In this document: piece by piece, positions 38,087-46,990 of the stretch
Numbering within the stretch: the first letter of the stretch is position 1
How the letters are laid out: every line of letters begins with the position of its first letter
Assembly: GCA_016937995.1 (NCBI GenBank)
Contig: JAFGVM010000034.1
Location: 1 to 46,990 of the forward strand
Source of the DNA: Candidatus Delongbacteria bacterium
GTDB lineage: Bacteria > UBA4055
DNA length: 46,990 nt
Direction of reading: 5' to 3'
The notes under the pieces: model-generated
The model's input: the letters and a program-made list of their open reading frames with translations, nothing else
Databases searched by the model: none
Told to the model about the DNA's origin: nothing
Made by a program: the position numbers and the translations under genes

Positions 38087-39220
38087 ATGGCAAAACAAGA
38101 TTATTACGATATTTTGGGAGTAAGTAAAAACTCTTCAAAAGAGGATATAAAGAAGGCTTATAAAAAGCTGGCATTAAAATACCATCCTGACAAGAACAAA
38201 GGTGATAAAGAATCAGAGGAAAAATTCAAAGAGATCGGTGAGGCTTATTCTGTACTGTCTGACGACAATAAAAGATCCCGATATGATCAATTCGGGCATG
38301 AAGGTTTAAGAGGGGCCTCCGGCGGCGGTGGTTTTGGTGGTTTTGACTTCGGGGATGCTGAATCAATATTTGAACAGTTCTTCGGTGGAGCTTTTGGCGG
38401 TGGTGGTAGAAGTAGGTCAGGCAGACCTTCACGAAGGAAAGGATCTGACCTTCAAATCAAGATAAAACTCACATTAGAAGAAATATCAAAGGAAACTGTA
38501 AAAAAAGTTAAGCTTAAAAAATATGTATCCTGTTCCCACTGCGGTGGTTCCGGTGCAAAAAATCCTTCATCGGTAACTAAATGCGGTACATGTAACGGTT
38601 CAGGTGAGGTTAAATCTGTTCAAAGGTCTATCTTCGGTCAGTTCGTGAATGTTACTTCATGTTCAGCATGCGATGGTCTTGGAGAGATAATCACTGAAAA
38701 ATGCCCTAACTGTTCAGGTGAGGGAAGAACAAGAGATGATAAAACCATATCAATTAAAATTCCTCCCGGAGTTAGTGAAGGACAGTACATTACTTTATCC
38801 GGTGAAGGTAATGCAGGTAAAAGAAAAGGTCCTGCGGGTGATTTAATAGCGATCATTGTTGAAGAAGACCACCGTTATTTTCACAGAGATGGAGAGGATA
38901 TTTATTATGATCTCCAGCTAAGCGTTTCTCAAGCAGCTTTGGGAACTGATCTTGAAGTACCTGTCATCGGTGGTAAGATAAAAGTAAAGATACCATCAGG
39001 AACCCAACCGGGGAAAAAGCTGTTAATTAAGGGTAAAGGGCTTCCTGTGCTTCACGGTTATGGTACCGGGGACATGATAATCAGGATAACTGTTTGGATC
39101 CCAAAGAAACTTTCTAAAAAATCCAGAGAACTTTTTGAAAAAATCGATACCCTAGAAGAAATAAAACCAAAAGCAACTGATAAGGGTTTCTTTGAAAAAG
39201 TAAAAGATATTTTTTTCTAA
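38087..39220 (+). CDS. dnaJ: Chaperone DnaJ
   Basis: J domain HPD, G/F region, four CxxCxGxG motifs. Confidence 0.99.
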   Translation: MAKQDYYDILGVSKNSSKEDIKKAYKKLALKYHPDKNKGDKESEEKFKEIGEAYSVLSDDNKRSRYDQFGHEGLRGASGGGGFGGFDFGDAESIFEQFFGGAFGGGGRSRSGRPSRRKGSDLQIKIKLTLEEISKETVKKVKLKKYVSCSHCGGSGAKNPSSVTKCGTCNGSGEVKSVQRSIFGQFVNVTSCSACDGLGEIITEKCPNCSGEGRTRDDKTISIKIPPGVSEGQYITLSGEGNAGKRKGPAGDLIAIIVEEDHRYFHRDGEDIYYDLQLSVSQAALGTDLEVPVIGGKIKVKIPSGTQPGKKLLIKGKGLPVLHGYGTGDMIIRITVWIPKKLSKKSRELFEKIDTLEEIKPKATDKGFFEKVKDIFF

Positions 39221-39245
39221 ACATTTTGCAGGAACATAGCGGTAA

Positions 39246-39731
39246 ATGAGCAGTAAAGAAAATTCAAATATCGTAAATTCGACATACAAAGGCTTGCTGG
39301 CAGTAACTCTAGTATTGTTTTCGGTCTTTATTTTCAAAACATTATTATTCTCGTTCGAAATACATTCTTACGAAGACCATGATAAAAAATTAACCGAGAA
39401 TAAATTGTTTGCTGAAGACGATAATGAAAGTCCTTCATCAGAGGGTGATTCAACTGCCATTGAACGTAAAAAGAACAGCTCTGACAAGCAAAATACAGAA
39501 CAAAAAAATATAATTAAAGATTTGACAGTTAAACAAAAAATAGTTAACATAAATGAGTCTTCGGAGGATGAGTTAAATAAGCTTCCTGGAATAGGTCCAA
39601 AGACCGCAAAAAAGATCATTGATTACAGAAAGGAAAATGGAGCTTTTCAGGATAAGAATGATCTGCTGAAGGTAAAAGGTATAGGACCTTCAAAATTAAA
39701 AAAAATAGAAGATTTAATTAAATTAAAATAA
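39246..39731 (+). CDS. comEA: ComEA-family helix-hairpin-helix DNA-binding protein
   Basis: N-terminal TM, linker, VNINESSEDELNKLPGIGPKTAKKIIDYR...VKGIGP. Confidence 0.88.
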   Translation: MSSKENSNIVNSTYKGLLAVTLVLFSVFIFKTLLFSFEIHSYEDHDKKLTENKLFAEDDNESPSSEGDSTAIERKKNSSDKQNTEQKNIIKDLTVKQKIVNINESSEDELNKLPGIGPKTAKKIIDYRKENGAFQDKNDLLKVKGIGPSKLKKIEDLIKLK

Positions 39732-39734
39732 AAA

Positions 39735-41237
39735 ATGGAGCGAAAGATGTTTTTAACTTCCAGAAAAGGCAATATTGTACTTAAAGTGCTTTCTGTTATT
39801 GCTTTTATCTTGTTGGTGCTTTCTATTGAAATTCCCAGAAGAGCTTGGAATGATCAAGCAGAGAGACAAGAATTGGCACATAAAAGAATGTTGGACATGA
39901 GTGATCTAGAAGTTGTTTATATGCAGGAAACCGGTCATTTCAGCAAAAATCTTAAGGATGTTTATGATTATGCCGTAAAGAATGATTCCTTACTGGTAAG
40001 TGCTCCTGATATTGAAATTGAAATACTGACTTTGGATACAACCCACATCAGAATATCTTACTCTGATCATAATCACATAGAAGATCTTGATGTAAAAAAT
40101 GCTGTAAAAAAGCAGCTTGATATGATCGAAGATAAAGATAGATTCATTGCTTTTATGAAATCCATCGGATGTCCAACACCTGAAAAAGTTATGAACGCTA
40201 ATGTAGATGAGATCGATGAACTTTTAAAAGGAAATATACACAAGGATTTTTACAGATCACTTAAGGAAAAATACTATCTTGCCAGAGAAAATGAGAACGA
40301 AGTTCTTTATGACGGCGGAAAGGATCTGATAATAACACTGAAGAACAGAAATCCAAAACTTAAACTAAGATCAAATATTGTAAAACTGTCTTCTCCTTCA
40401 AATATTGAACTTGTAGCCAACTACAAGGGAGAGAAGGATGTTTATTGGGATTTTATTTCAAGAGAAAAGATATCATTAAACTATGAAAAAAATGCTGAAC
40501 TGGACAGACAGCATGTCAACATGGCTAAATATTTACTTAAGGATTTTGAAATTGACAAACAACCTTATTTATGTCCAAGCACCCTTGATCCGTTTAAAGT
40601 TGATTTTAATCTTATCGCAAAAGTTGGAATGAATATAGAGTTTTTCAGAGGAGAAAATACCGGTGCATTAAAGGATATTGAGCCTCAAAGACTGCTTGAT
40701 AATGAAAAGATCAAAAATTACTTCCTGAATATTGCAAAACTGAAAAGTGAAAGAACTGTTGCAGACTTTGTAAGAGAGTATGAGATGGATGGTGACTCAA
40801 CTTATTCTAAGCAGGCACAAAAAGATTCTTTATTCAGTAAATTCTTTAGCGAATATTTAAAAGATGTTGCAAAAAAAGCACCTCTTGCAGATGCTGTAAC
40901 GAACTCAATAAGTTCACTTGAAAAAGATCAGGAAAAGAACTTCTCAGAAGATGAAAGATTTGAACTATTATTCAAATCGAACATCGGTGATCATGTGATA
41001 AATGAGATCGCTAAGGAAGCTAATGCAAAAGCTATTGAAAATATTTCATACGCTTACAAAACTGAGATTATTAAAGTTGATACTGTAAGTGTAAAGATCA
41101 GCTCTCCGATCAATGATAAAAGTGAATTTAAGGGATATACAAGAAATCTTTTACAAAAGAAATTTTTGTTCGGTATTGCTGATGATGTAAATGCAGGAAG
41201 TGTCGACAACGGCTCATCCAGCTGGAAAAATGAATAG
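39735..41237 (+). CDS. Large membrane-anchored protein with pilin-like N-terminus
   Basis: RKG|NIVLKVLSVIAFILLVLSIEIP followed by amphipathic helix and Y...GHF..NL; possible start ATG 39747. Confidence 0.5.
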   Translation: MERKMFLTSRKGNIVLKVLSVIAFILLVLSIEIPRRAWNDQAERQELAHKRMLDMSDLEVVYMQETGHFSKNLKDVYDYAVKNDSLLVSAPDIEIEILTLDTTHIRISYSDHNHIEDLDVKNAVKKQLDMIEDKDRFIAFMKSIGCPTPEKVMNANVDEIDELLKGNIHKDFYRSLKEKYYLARENENEVLYDGGKDLIITLKNRNPKLKLRSNIVKLSSPSNIELVANYKGEKDVYWDFISREKISLNYEKNAELDRQHVNMAKYLLKDFEIDKQPYLCPSTLDPFKVDFNLIAKVGMNIEFFRGENTGALKDIEPQRLLDNEKIKNYFLNIAKLKSERTVADFVREYEMDGDSTYSKQAQKDSLFSKFFSEYLKDVAKKAPLADAVTNSISSLEKDQEKNFSEDERFELLFKSNIGDHVINEIAKEANAKAIENISYAYKTEIIKVDTVSVKISSPINDKSEFKGYTRNLLQKKFLFGIADDVNAGSVDNGSSSWKNE

Positions 41238-41260
41238 ATCACTTTATTCTAATTAACTTT

Positions 41261-41320
41261 AAGGGCTTGTTCGATGTGTGCTGGATTAAATATAAGTGCA
41301 TTCTAAACAGCCCTTTTTTT
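41261..41320 (+). terminator. Long imperfect hairpin with U-tract
   Basis: AAGGGCTTGTT...AAACAGCCCTT followed by T-run. Confidence 0.55.
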
Positions 41321-41342
41321 GTCCTAATTTATTGGTCATAAA

Positions 41343-42644
41343 ATGATACACACCTTGATAATAAGACCGTCCCGTGTAGAATTGGTCCTGAAAACTTTTT
41401 CAGCAGATTACAATAAGATCTCTGAAAAGAAACTCATTTCCAAGGAGTTTTCTTTTAGATTCAACAGAGAAATTATTGACACCGGTGCTTATTACAAGTC
41501 TTTCTTCAGGATCCTTGCGGATGTAATACAACCCTATAAAAAAGATATAAAGAAGCTTCAGATATCCCTTCGTTCATCATTTTTTCAGATCAGATCCACT
41601 GAATGTTCCAGTGACATGTACTCAGATCAGGATTACATTAATTGGGAGGTCGATAAAACTATCAATGATGTGAGCGAACATTTTAAGTACGGAGTCTTTT
41701 ATGAAGAAAATATCAAAATGCTTCACTTATTCATTATCCGGAAAAGTGTTGAATCTTATTTTGATGAGATACTAAGAAAAATTATTTCTGATGATATTGA
41801 CTTCAGTATCGGATACGATTTCATTACAGGTTCAAAAGAGAATATATTTGTAAGTGCGGATAGGGTTATAAACAAACCTTTCAATTCCGAACATTCCTCT
41901 TTAAAAATGTGGAATTTTCCTACTGAAAAAATAAGAGCGGAAGTAAGATTCAAAAGGACCCTGATAGCGACAATTACCCTTTTTATACTGTCATCTGCAT
42001 TCTATTTGACCTATTTCCAATCTGAGAACATGTATAAGCTTTACATTAATCTCTTTGAAAAGAACAATGAGGAAGTTGAAAGCAAAATTATTTCTCCTGA
42101 ATTGACAAAAATGGATACTCCTGTAGTTTCAGATAGTATTGAAAATGAAGATACTGTTCAAAAAACTTCAGAGGCAAAATTTCTTGATAAATTATTTGAG
42201 GATGAACCAGTAATAAAGAATACTCAAATTCGATCACTTAATTTATACGATATACTTGATTCTCTTGTGGCGTATGATCCTGCTTCGATCATTTTTCAAG
42301 ATCATAGAACAATTGTTGCTTTTAGATCCACTAAATCATTGAACAAATTTAAAGATATTTTGAATTTGAATGATGCAGAGATCGTATCTTCAGACGTAAA
42401 GAATAATATTCTCAATTTTCATTATTTGAAAAACAAGGTTGATTATTCCATTTCAACAAAGATAGATTTTTTGAATTTATCAAAAACTTTGAAAGTAAAT
42501 TCCAAGAATCCGTATATTGTTCTTAACACGAAGGATGTATTTTATAAAATGACCGATCTTCTATCGGATAAAGGTCAGATGTTCAATAAATTTGTTTTGT
42601 CAAATAGAGGTAATAAACTTTATCTAGCGGTTTATTTTGATTAA
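41343..42644 (+). CDS. Bitopic protein with degenerate PilM/GspL-like cytoplasmic domain
   Basis: LQISL....QIR, YINWEVDKTI, LFIIRKSVESY pattern; single TM near residue 210; periplasmic C-half. Confidence 0.45.
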   Translation: MIHTLIIRPSRVELVLKTFSADYNKISEKKLISKEFSFRFNREIIDTGAYYKSFFRILADVIQPYKKDIKKLQISLRSSFFQIRSTECSSDMYSDQDYINWEVDKTINDVSEHFKYGVFYEENIKMLHLFIIRKSVESYFDEILRKIISDDIDFSIGYDFITGSKENIFVSADRVINKPFNSEHSSLKMWNFPTEKIRAEVRFKRTLIATITLFILSSAFYLTYFQSENMYKLYINLFEKNNEEVESKIISPELTKMDTPVVSDSIENEDTVQKTSEAKFLDKLFEDEPVIKNTQIRSLNLYDILDSLVAYDPASIIFQDHRTIVAFRSTKSLNKFKDILNLNDAEIVSSDVKNNILNFHYLKNKVDYSISTKIDFLNLSKTLKVNSKNPYIVLNTKDVFYKMTDLLSDKGQMFNKFVLSNRGNKLYLAVYFD

Positions 42645-43203
42645 GATAACAGGTGGGAATTTACGTAGCAGGGTACTAAGATCGGTCTCTGGAGATCAGC
42701 TCAGACCAACAACCTCCTTTTTCAGAGAATGGATATTTAATGTTCTGAATTATTTTTATAATTTGAATAATGTCATTTTACTTGACCTTTTCAGTGGGAC
42801 CGGAATAATATCCTTTGAGTTCGTGAGCAGAAATGCTAAAAAAGCTGTACTGGTCGAGCAAAATATTAAATTTATTAAAAATATTGAAAAGAATATTTCC
42901 GTGTTCAATACCTCAAATATTATTCCATTGAAGAGTGATGCTATTAAATACCTGTCAAATTTGGTCAGATCAAAGTCGAATATAGAATTTAATGTGATCT
43001 TCATGGACCCGCCATACGAAAACTCTGATATCCTTAAAGAAGCTCTCGACCTCATATTCAATAACCTTGAGTATTTCCCCAAAGACCTGCTTGTTATAAC
43101 AGAGTCAAATAAAGATTTTGAACCTGAAATAAACGATAAAATAGATCTTTATAGATCAAAATCCAGCGGAAGAACTAAAATGATGATCTTCAGGAGAATA
43201 TAA
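42637..43203 (+). CDS. rsmD: 16S rRNA (guanine966-N2)-methyltransferase
   Basis: KITGG, LRPT..REWIFN, LDLFSGTG, FMDPPY. Confidence 0.93.
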   Translation: MIKITGGNLRSRVLRSVSGDQLRPTTSFFREWIFNVLNYFYNLNNVILLDLFSGTGIISFEFVSRNAKKAVLVEQNIKFIKNIEKNISVFNTSNIIPLKSDAIKYLSNLVRSKSNIEFNVIFMDPPYENSDILKEALDLIFNNLEYFPKDLLVITESNKDFEPEINDKIDLYRSKSSGRTKMMIFRRI

Positions 43204-44720
43204 TGACCGAAATTAGTAACTTGATCACAAAGAGCGTTGCAGATAATTTCATACCCAGGATCCTGAAAGAATTTATTGAATTGACGAATTCAAAACAAAT
43301 GGATAAAGAAACCTTTATAAATCTGGTCAGGGTTAAATATTCCTATGAAAATCAAATATTACAATATTTTAATAAATGTGAAAAAACAAAAATTACATCT
43401 ATTGAAGCTACTGTTGATAAATTTGGAATTGAATTATGTGCTTTTATCATCTTCAATATCTCTCTGATGGAAAAACTGAACAGTAATTCAATGAGAGACT
43501 GTTTTATTCAAATGTTCGAAAAAGGTATATTCACCGCAGTTGCAAGTTATTATATAGCAAAACAGGCAAATTTAAGATCTCCATGGAAGGCTTATCTGGC
43601 AGGTTTATATTCTAATATAAGCTACTTCTTCCTTTATATGTACTATACAGATGATCTTGAACATATAATGTCTATTGAAATGAACTCGATCAGCAGAATG
43701 AACTATGAATGGGAGAAATTCGGGATGACCCATTCCGATATATCATGGTTGATCCTGGGTAAAACCGGTATCCCCGAAGACATCAGAGGTCCGGTGAAAA
43801 ATCATCATCTAAAAAGAAGTCAGGTTTCATGTGATAATGAAAATATAAAAGAGATCTGTGCATCAGTTTATCTTGGATCAATGCTTACAACAGTATTTTA
43901 CGAAAATTTCTCTTTAGCTATTGAATTTAAAAATGAGATCCAGGAACATTTAAATATTGAAGTAACTGAACTGGACAACCTGATCTCCACAATTTTATAT
44001 GAGTTCAAAATAAAATTGAACTTACTTGATGTTTACGATTTTACAATTCCAGGATATTTTTCTATCATCGAGATCTTTCAGGATAAACTGTCAACTGTTG
44101 AAAATGAACTTGAAAAGATCAGTTCAGAATTGAATAAAGAAAAAAAGCAAAGATTAAAATTTCAAAAAGTACTCGAATCATATAATAAAAAACTTGTTGG
44201 AATCGCCATTAAAGATCCTCTTACAGGAATTTATAACAGAAGATATTTAACTGAAAGATTGAACGATGAATTTATTAAAGCAAAGAAATATAATTCATCT
44301 TTCGTAGTGATTACAGGTGACATAGACCATTTCAAGAACATAAACGATACATATGGTCACGGATATGGAGATGAAGTACTTGTTAAGATAGTTGAACTGA
44401 TGCAGTCAACTATCAGAAAAGCTGATCTGCTCGCCAGAGTGGGAGGAGAAGAGTTCGTAATTCTCTGTAATCAGTCAAATGATTATGACGGTATTCTTAT
44501 AGCTGAAAAAGTTAGAAAAACAATTGAGAAAACCACTTTTACATACGACAGAAATACTATAGTCCCTGTTACAATGAGCTTTGGTGTTGCTAATTTCAGC
44601 AAGAATATCAGTTCAGTTCAGGAATTGCTTGAGTTGTCAGATAACAGACTTTATCTGGCAAAAAAGAATGGAAGGAACAGGGTCGTTTATTCTGACTCGA
44701 CCAACGAAGCACTGATGTAA
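43203..44720 (+). CDS. HDOD-GGDEF diguanylate cyclase
   Basis: HDOD-like AYLAGL...EWEKFGMTH; coiled coil; DPLTGIYNRR, DIDHFK, RxxD I-site, GGEEF. Confidence 0.9.
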   Translation: MTEISNLITKSVADNFIPRILKEFIELTNSKQMDKETFINLVRVKYSYENQILQYFNKCEKTKITSIEATVDKFGIELCAFIIFNISLMEKLNSNSMRDCFIQMFEKGIFTAVASYYIAKQANLRSPWKAYLAGLYSNISYFFLYMYYTDDLEHIMSIEMNSISRMNYEWEKFGMTHSDISWLILGKTGIPEDIRGPVKNHHLKRSQVSCDNENIKEICASVYLGSMLTTVFYENFSLAIEFKNEIQEHLNIEVTELDNLISTILYEFKIKLNLLDVYDFTIPGYFSIIEIFQDKLSTVENELEKISSELNKEKKQRLKFQKVLESYNKKLVGIAIKDPLTGIYNRRYLTERLNDEFIKAKKYNSSFVVITGDIDHFKNINDTYGHGYGDEVLVKIVELMQSTIRKADLLARVGGEEFVILCNQSNDYDGILIAEKVRKTIEKTTFTYDRNTIVPVTMSFGVANFSKNISSVQELLELSDNRLYLAKKNGRNRVVYSDSTNEALM

Positions 44721-44769
44721 AAAGTCACATTGAGTTAATTTCTTATAGTGGTCAGTGATTAGTTGGATC

Positions 44770-45948
44770 CTATAATACCCTTTTGCTTTTCCTACAACGC
44801 ATTTCTTTTTCGAAATATACATCACGAATTTCGTTCAATCTTCTGATCGGCACACTGTCAAAATTAAAATCGTCACTAATTTGAATACCAAGATCTTCCC
44901 TGCTGAAAATAATAAAATTCTGCAGACTGTCACCTTTTTGATAGTATTTTAACACCTGCAGAATCCGTAACCCATCCAGCTTTTCGTGACAGGCTCTTAT
45001 AAAGTTATTCTCTGTCTTGAAATTTTTTCTGAGAGGTGTCCAGATATCATTACCGAAATTTTCAGCTATGAAGCTGTCTATTGGGGTTTCCATATTGTGT
45101 TGGAATAACTCCAGAAGCAGTTCATAGGTCTTCCCTATTTTTTTAAATGCATCAAAATCATAGAACGGATAACTGTCCCAGTTTCCTGCAATCCCTTTTA
45201 TAACTGCGGGTCCGGTACCGAAAGGAACTCTATCAGAACATCTTGAAGAAGGTTTGACCACCTGATCGTTCCATATGAGAACTTGACCTGCTTTCTTCAT
45301 TCTGTTTACAAAGTAAAAATCTTCACCCGCTTCTTTAGGAGTGATGCCGTTGATCTTTCGATATCCTGCTATTTTGAAGGTTATTGCCGATCCAAGTGCT
45401 GAGAATGCGTAGGGTGAACCGATCATCAACAGATTCAAGATATAATAGCGCATATAGAGTTCATATCTGAGAATTGCTCTATCGATCTTATCATCTCTGA
45501 TCAAATCATGATAATACGGGTTAGTAAGTAATAATGATTTCTTATTCTTTTTGAATACATCAACAACTGACTGAATATAATTTTCAGGTATTCTTGTGTC
45601 TGCATCAAGACTGATAATAATGTCGTCAACTGAAGATACTTTATTCACAGCTTCAAACAATTCCTGTCTTGCAAAACCAACACCCCTCTTCTTTCCTGAC
45701 CAACCTTGACTTTTTGATGATCTATCTATAACAATAATATCAATATCAGATATGCGTTCTAAATACTTCAAAGTATTAACATTGTTTTCACAATGACAGA
45801 CTTTTTTATCATCATTCCACCATTCATCCGGGTTATTTACACATACAAATACTTTAAAATCACTCATGGATTGAGATTTTAGGTCATTTATCAGAGACGG
45901 AAGATAATCAAGCTCGTTCAAAGCAGGTATTGCAATATAGATCTTCAT
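44770..45948 (-). CDS. GT-A (family 2) glycosyltransferase
   Basis: IAIPALNE, GVGFAR, SLDAD, AGEDFYF, SSRCSDRVPFGTG. Confidence 0.85.
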   Translation of the reverse strand: MKIYIAIPALNELDYLPSLINDLKSQSMSDFKVFVCVNNPDEWWNDDKKVCHCENNVNTLKYLERISDIDIIVIDRSSKSQGWSGKKRGVGFARQELFEAVNKVSSVDDIIISLDADTRIPENYIQSVVDVFKKNKKSLLLTNPYYHDLIRDDKIDRAILRYELYMRYYILNLLMIGSPYAFSALGSAITFKIAGYRKINGITPKEAGEDFYFVNRMKKAGQVLIWNDQVVKPSSRCSDRVPFGTGPAVIKGIAGNWDSYPFYDFDAFKKIGKTYELLLELFQHNMETPIDSFIAENFGNDIWTPLRKNFKTENNFIRACHEKLDGLRILQVLKYYQKGDSLQNFIIFSREDLGIQISDDFNFDSVPIRRLNEIRDVYFEKEMRCRKSKRVL

Positions 45949-46012
45949 AGGAATAAACTTAATGTATTTTATTATCTTCTACAAATAATTAACAAAGACT
46001 TCTATTTTAAAT

Positions 46013-46045
46013 TATTCAACTTGCGAAATTATAAGTAGTTGAATA
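46013..46045. promoter_or_regulatory. Inverted repeat upstream of recombinase
   Basis: TATTCAACT-N15-AGTTGAATA, ending 33 nt before the ATG. Confidence 0.5.
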
Positions 46046-46078
46046 TATTAATATTTCCAATAACATCTTAAAAGAAAT

Positions 46079-46918
46079 ATGAACAGCGAAGCAAAAGAAA
46101 AATACAATCAGAAATTAAAACTTAAAGGATACAGCTTTAATACTATTAGTTCTTATAATCACTGCTTTGAAAAGTTTCTTGATCATTTCAGGAATAAAGA
46201 TGTTTCAACTCTAACAAAGGAAGAGATCACAGAATTTCTGTATAAAGAACATCTGAAAGGACTTTCATACGGATATCAAAATCAAATAATCAATGCCATA
46301 AAGTTCTACTATGAAAAAGTTCTCGGTAGAAAAAAGGAATACTATGAACTACCCAGGGCAAAAAAACCATTAAAATTGCCTATCGTTTTCAGTGAACAAG
46401 AAATTGTATTACTTCTGGATCAGGTTGATAATATAAAGCATCGGAGTATTTTATATCTTATCTATTCTGCAGGTCTAAGAATAAGTGAAGCAGTTAAAAT
46501 GAAAATAGCTGATATTGATTCAAAAAGAAATGTTATTCATGTGAAAGGTGCTAAAGGAAAAAAAGACAGGACTACACTCCTCTCTCAAAAACTGCTCCAT
46601 CTGCTAAGAGAATATTATAAAGTGTATAAACCAAAAGATTATTTATTCGAAGGTGAAACAGGTAAACAATATTCTATTTCAACGATACAGAAAATATTTA
46701 AAAGAGCTCTTGAAAAATCAGGAATAAGAAAAGACGCAACTGTCCATACATTACGTCATAGTTTTGCAACTCATCTACTAGAAAATGGAACAGATCTAAG
46801 ATATATACAACAACTATTAGGTCATAACAGCTCTAAAACGACTGAAATATATACTCATATAACAAAGAAGGGTATGGACAGAATAACGAGTCCATTAGAT
46901 AATCTTGATATACATTAA
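46079..46918 (+). CDS. Tyrosine recombinase, IntI-related, lacking the IntI-specific insertion
   Basis: SAM-like N-domain (GYSFNT..Y; QNQIINAIKFYY), LPIVFS, R (AGLRISE), K (GAKGKKDR), HTLRHSFATHLLE, LLGH, TEIYTH, C-terminal SPLD. Confidence 0.92.
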   Translation: MNSEAKEKYNQKLKLKGYSFNTISSYNHCFEKFLDHFRNKDVSTLTKEEITEFLYKEHLKGLSYGYQNQIINAIKFYYEKVLGRKKEYYELPRAKKPLKLPIVFSEQEIVLLLDQVDNIKHRSILYLIYSAGLRISEAVKMKIADIDSKRNVIHVKGAKGKKDRTTLLSQKLLHLLREYYKVYKPKDYLFEGETGKQYSISTIQKIFKRALEKSGIRKDATVHTLRHSFATHLLENGTDLRYIQQLLGHNSSKTTEIYTHITKKGMDRITSPLDNLDIH

Positions 46919-46920
46919 AA

Positions 46921-46990
46921 AAATACGGTACTCGTACCATATATCCGGAATTTTTACGCACTAACTGGTTGGAAATACGGTACGAGTACC
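46921..46990. repeat. Two palindromic units 52 bp apart, candidate recombinase binding/att site (second cut by window end)
   Basis: AAATACGGTAC-TC-GTACC (46921-46938) and AAATACGGTAC-GA-GTACC (46973-46990); the 12-bp cores are exact reverse complements. Confidence 0.75.

Noticed and set aside
2852-44825. Numerous 60-170 aa ORFs antisense to or nested in long genes (e.g. 8325-8690, 21492-21872, 36036-36542)
   Set aside because: Shadow frames of well-supported genes with no recognisable motifs.
46013-46045. dif site
   Set aside because: Lacks the TTATGTTAAA-type XerD arm and 11-6-11 layout.
46079-46918. Calling the recombinase a canonical integron integrase (intI) or XerC/D
   Set aside because: No IntI insertion, no attC visible, and GTTGGAA/CACTAAC downstream do not fit GTTRRRY/RYYYAAC; the N-domain and SPLD tail are not XerC/D-like.
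1-46990. rRNA, tRNA, CRISPR arrays, prophage, defence systems, genetic-code recoding
   Set aside because: No cloverleaf, rRNA-like or regularly spaced repeat sequence seen; conserved genes are full length under the standard bacterial code.

Overview
AT-rich chromosomal segment of a diderm (kdsB/LPS) bacterium, most plausibly an FCB-group lineage outside Bacteroidota (e.g. Ca. Delongbacteria/Calditrichota/Cloacimonadota-like). This is inference: it has T9SS and Bat genes but canonical TTGACA/TATAAT-type promoters and Shine-Dalgarno sites. Content is mostly housekeeping: rimP-nusA-L7Ae-infB-rbfA-nrnA-truB, RR-kdsB-dxs, batB-batC, gap, uppS-porU-tilS-phosphotransferase, an MCE/Mla ABC operon, grpE-dnaJ-comEA, rsmD, an HDOD-GGDEF cyclase and a hybrid kinase. 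Both ends of the window fall in mobile or recombination DNA. The left end is the left IR plus start of a probable IS3-family orfA (missed by the ORF track). The right end is an IntI-related tyrosine recombinase lacking the IntI insertion, flanked by palindromic sites, a candidate non-canonical integron-like platform. Other points of interest: a candidate T9SS attachment-complex set (PorU, two PorV/PorQ-like barrels, PorZ-like propeller), an MCE operon with an embedded outer-membrane barrel gene, a comEA/large pilin-like/PilM-GspL-like trio, a WYL-less wHTH protein with its own palindromic operator, and two REP-type elements. No rRNA, tRNA or CRISPR array was seen. All calls come from motif recognition by eye; no searches were run.
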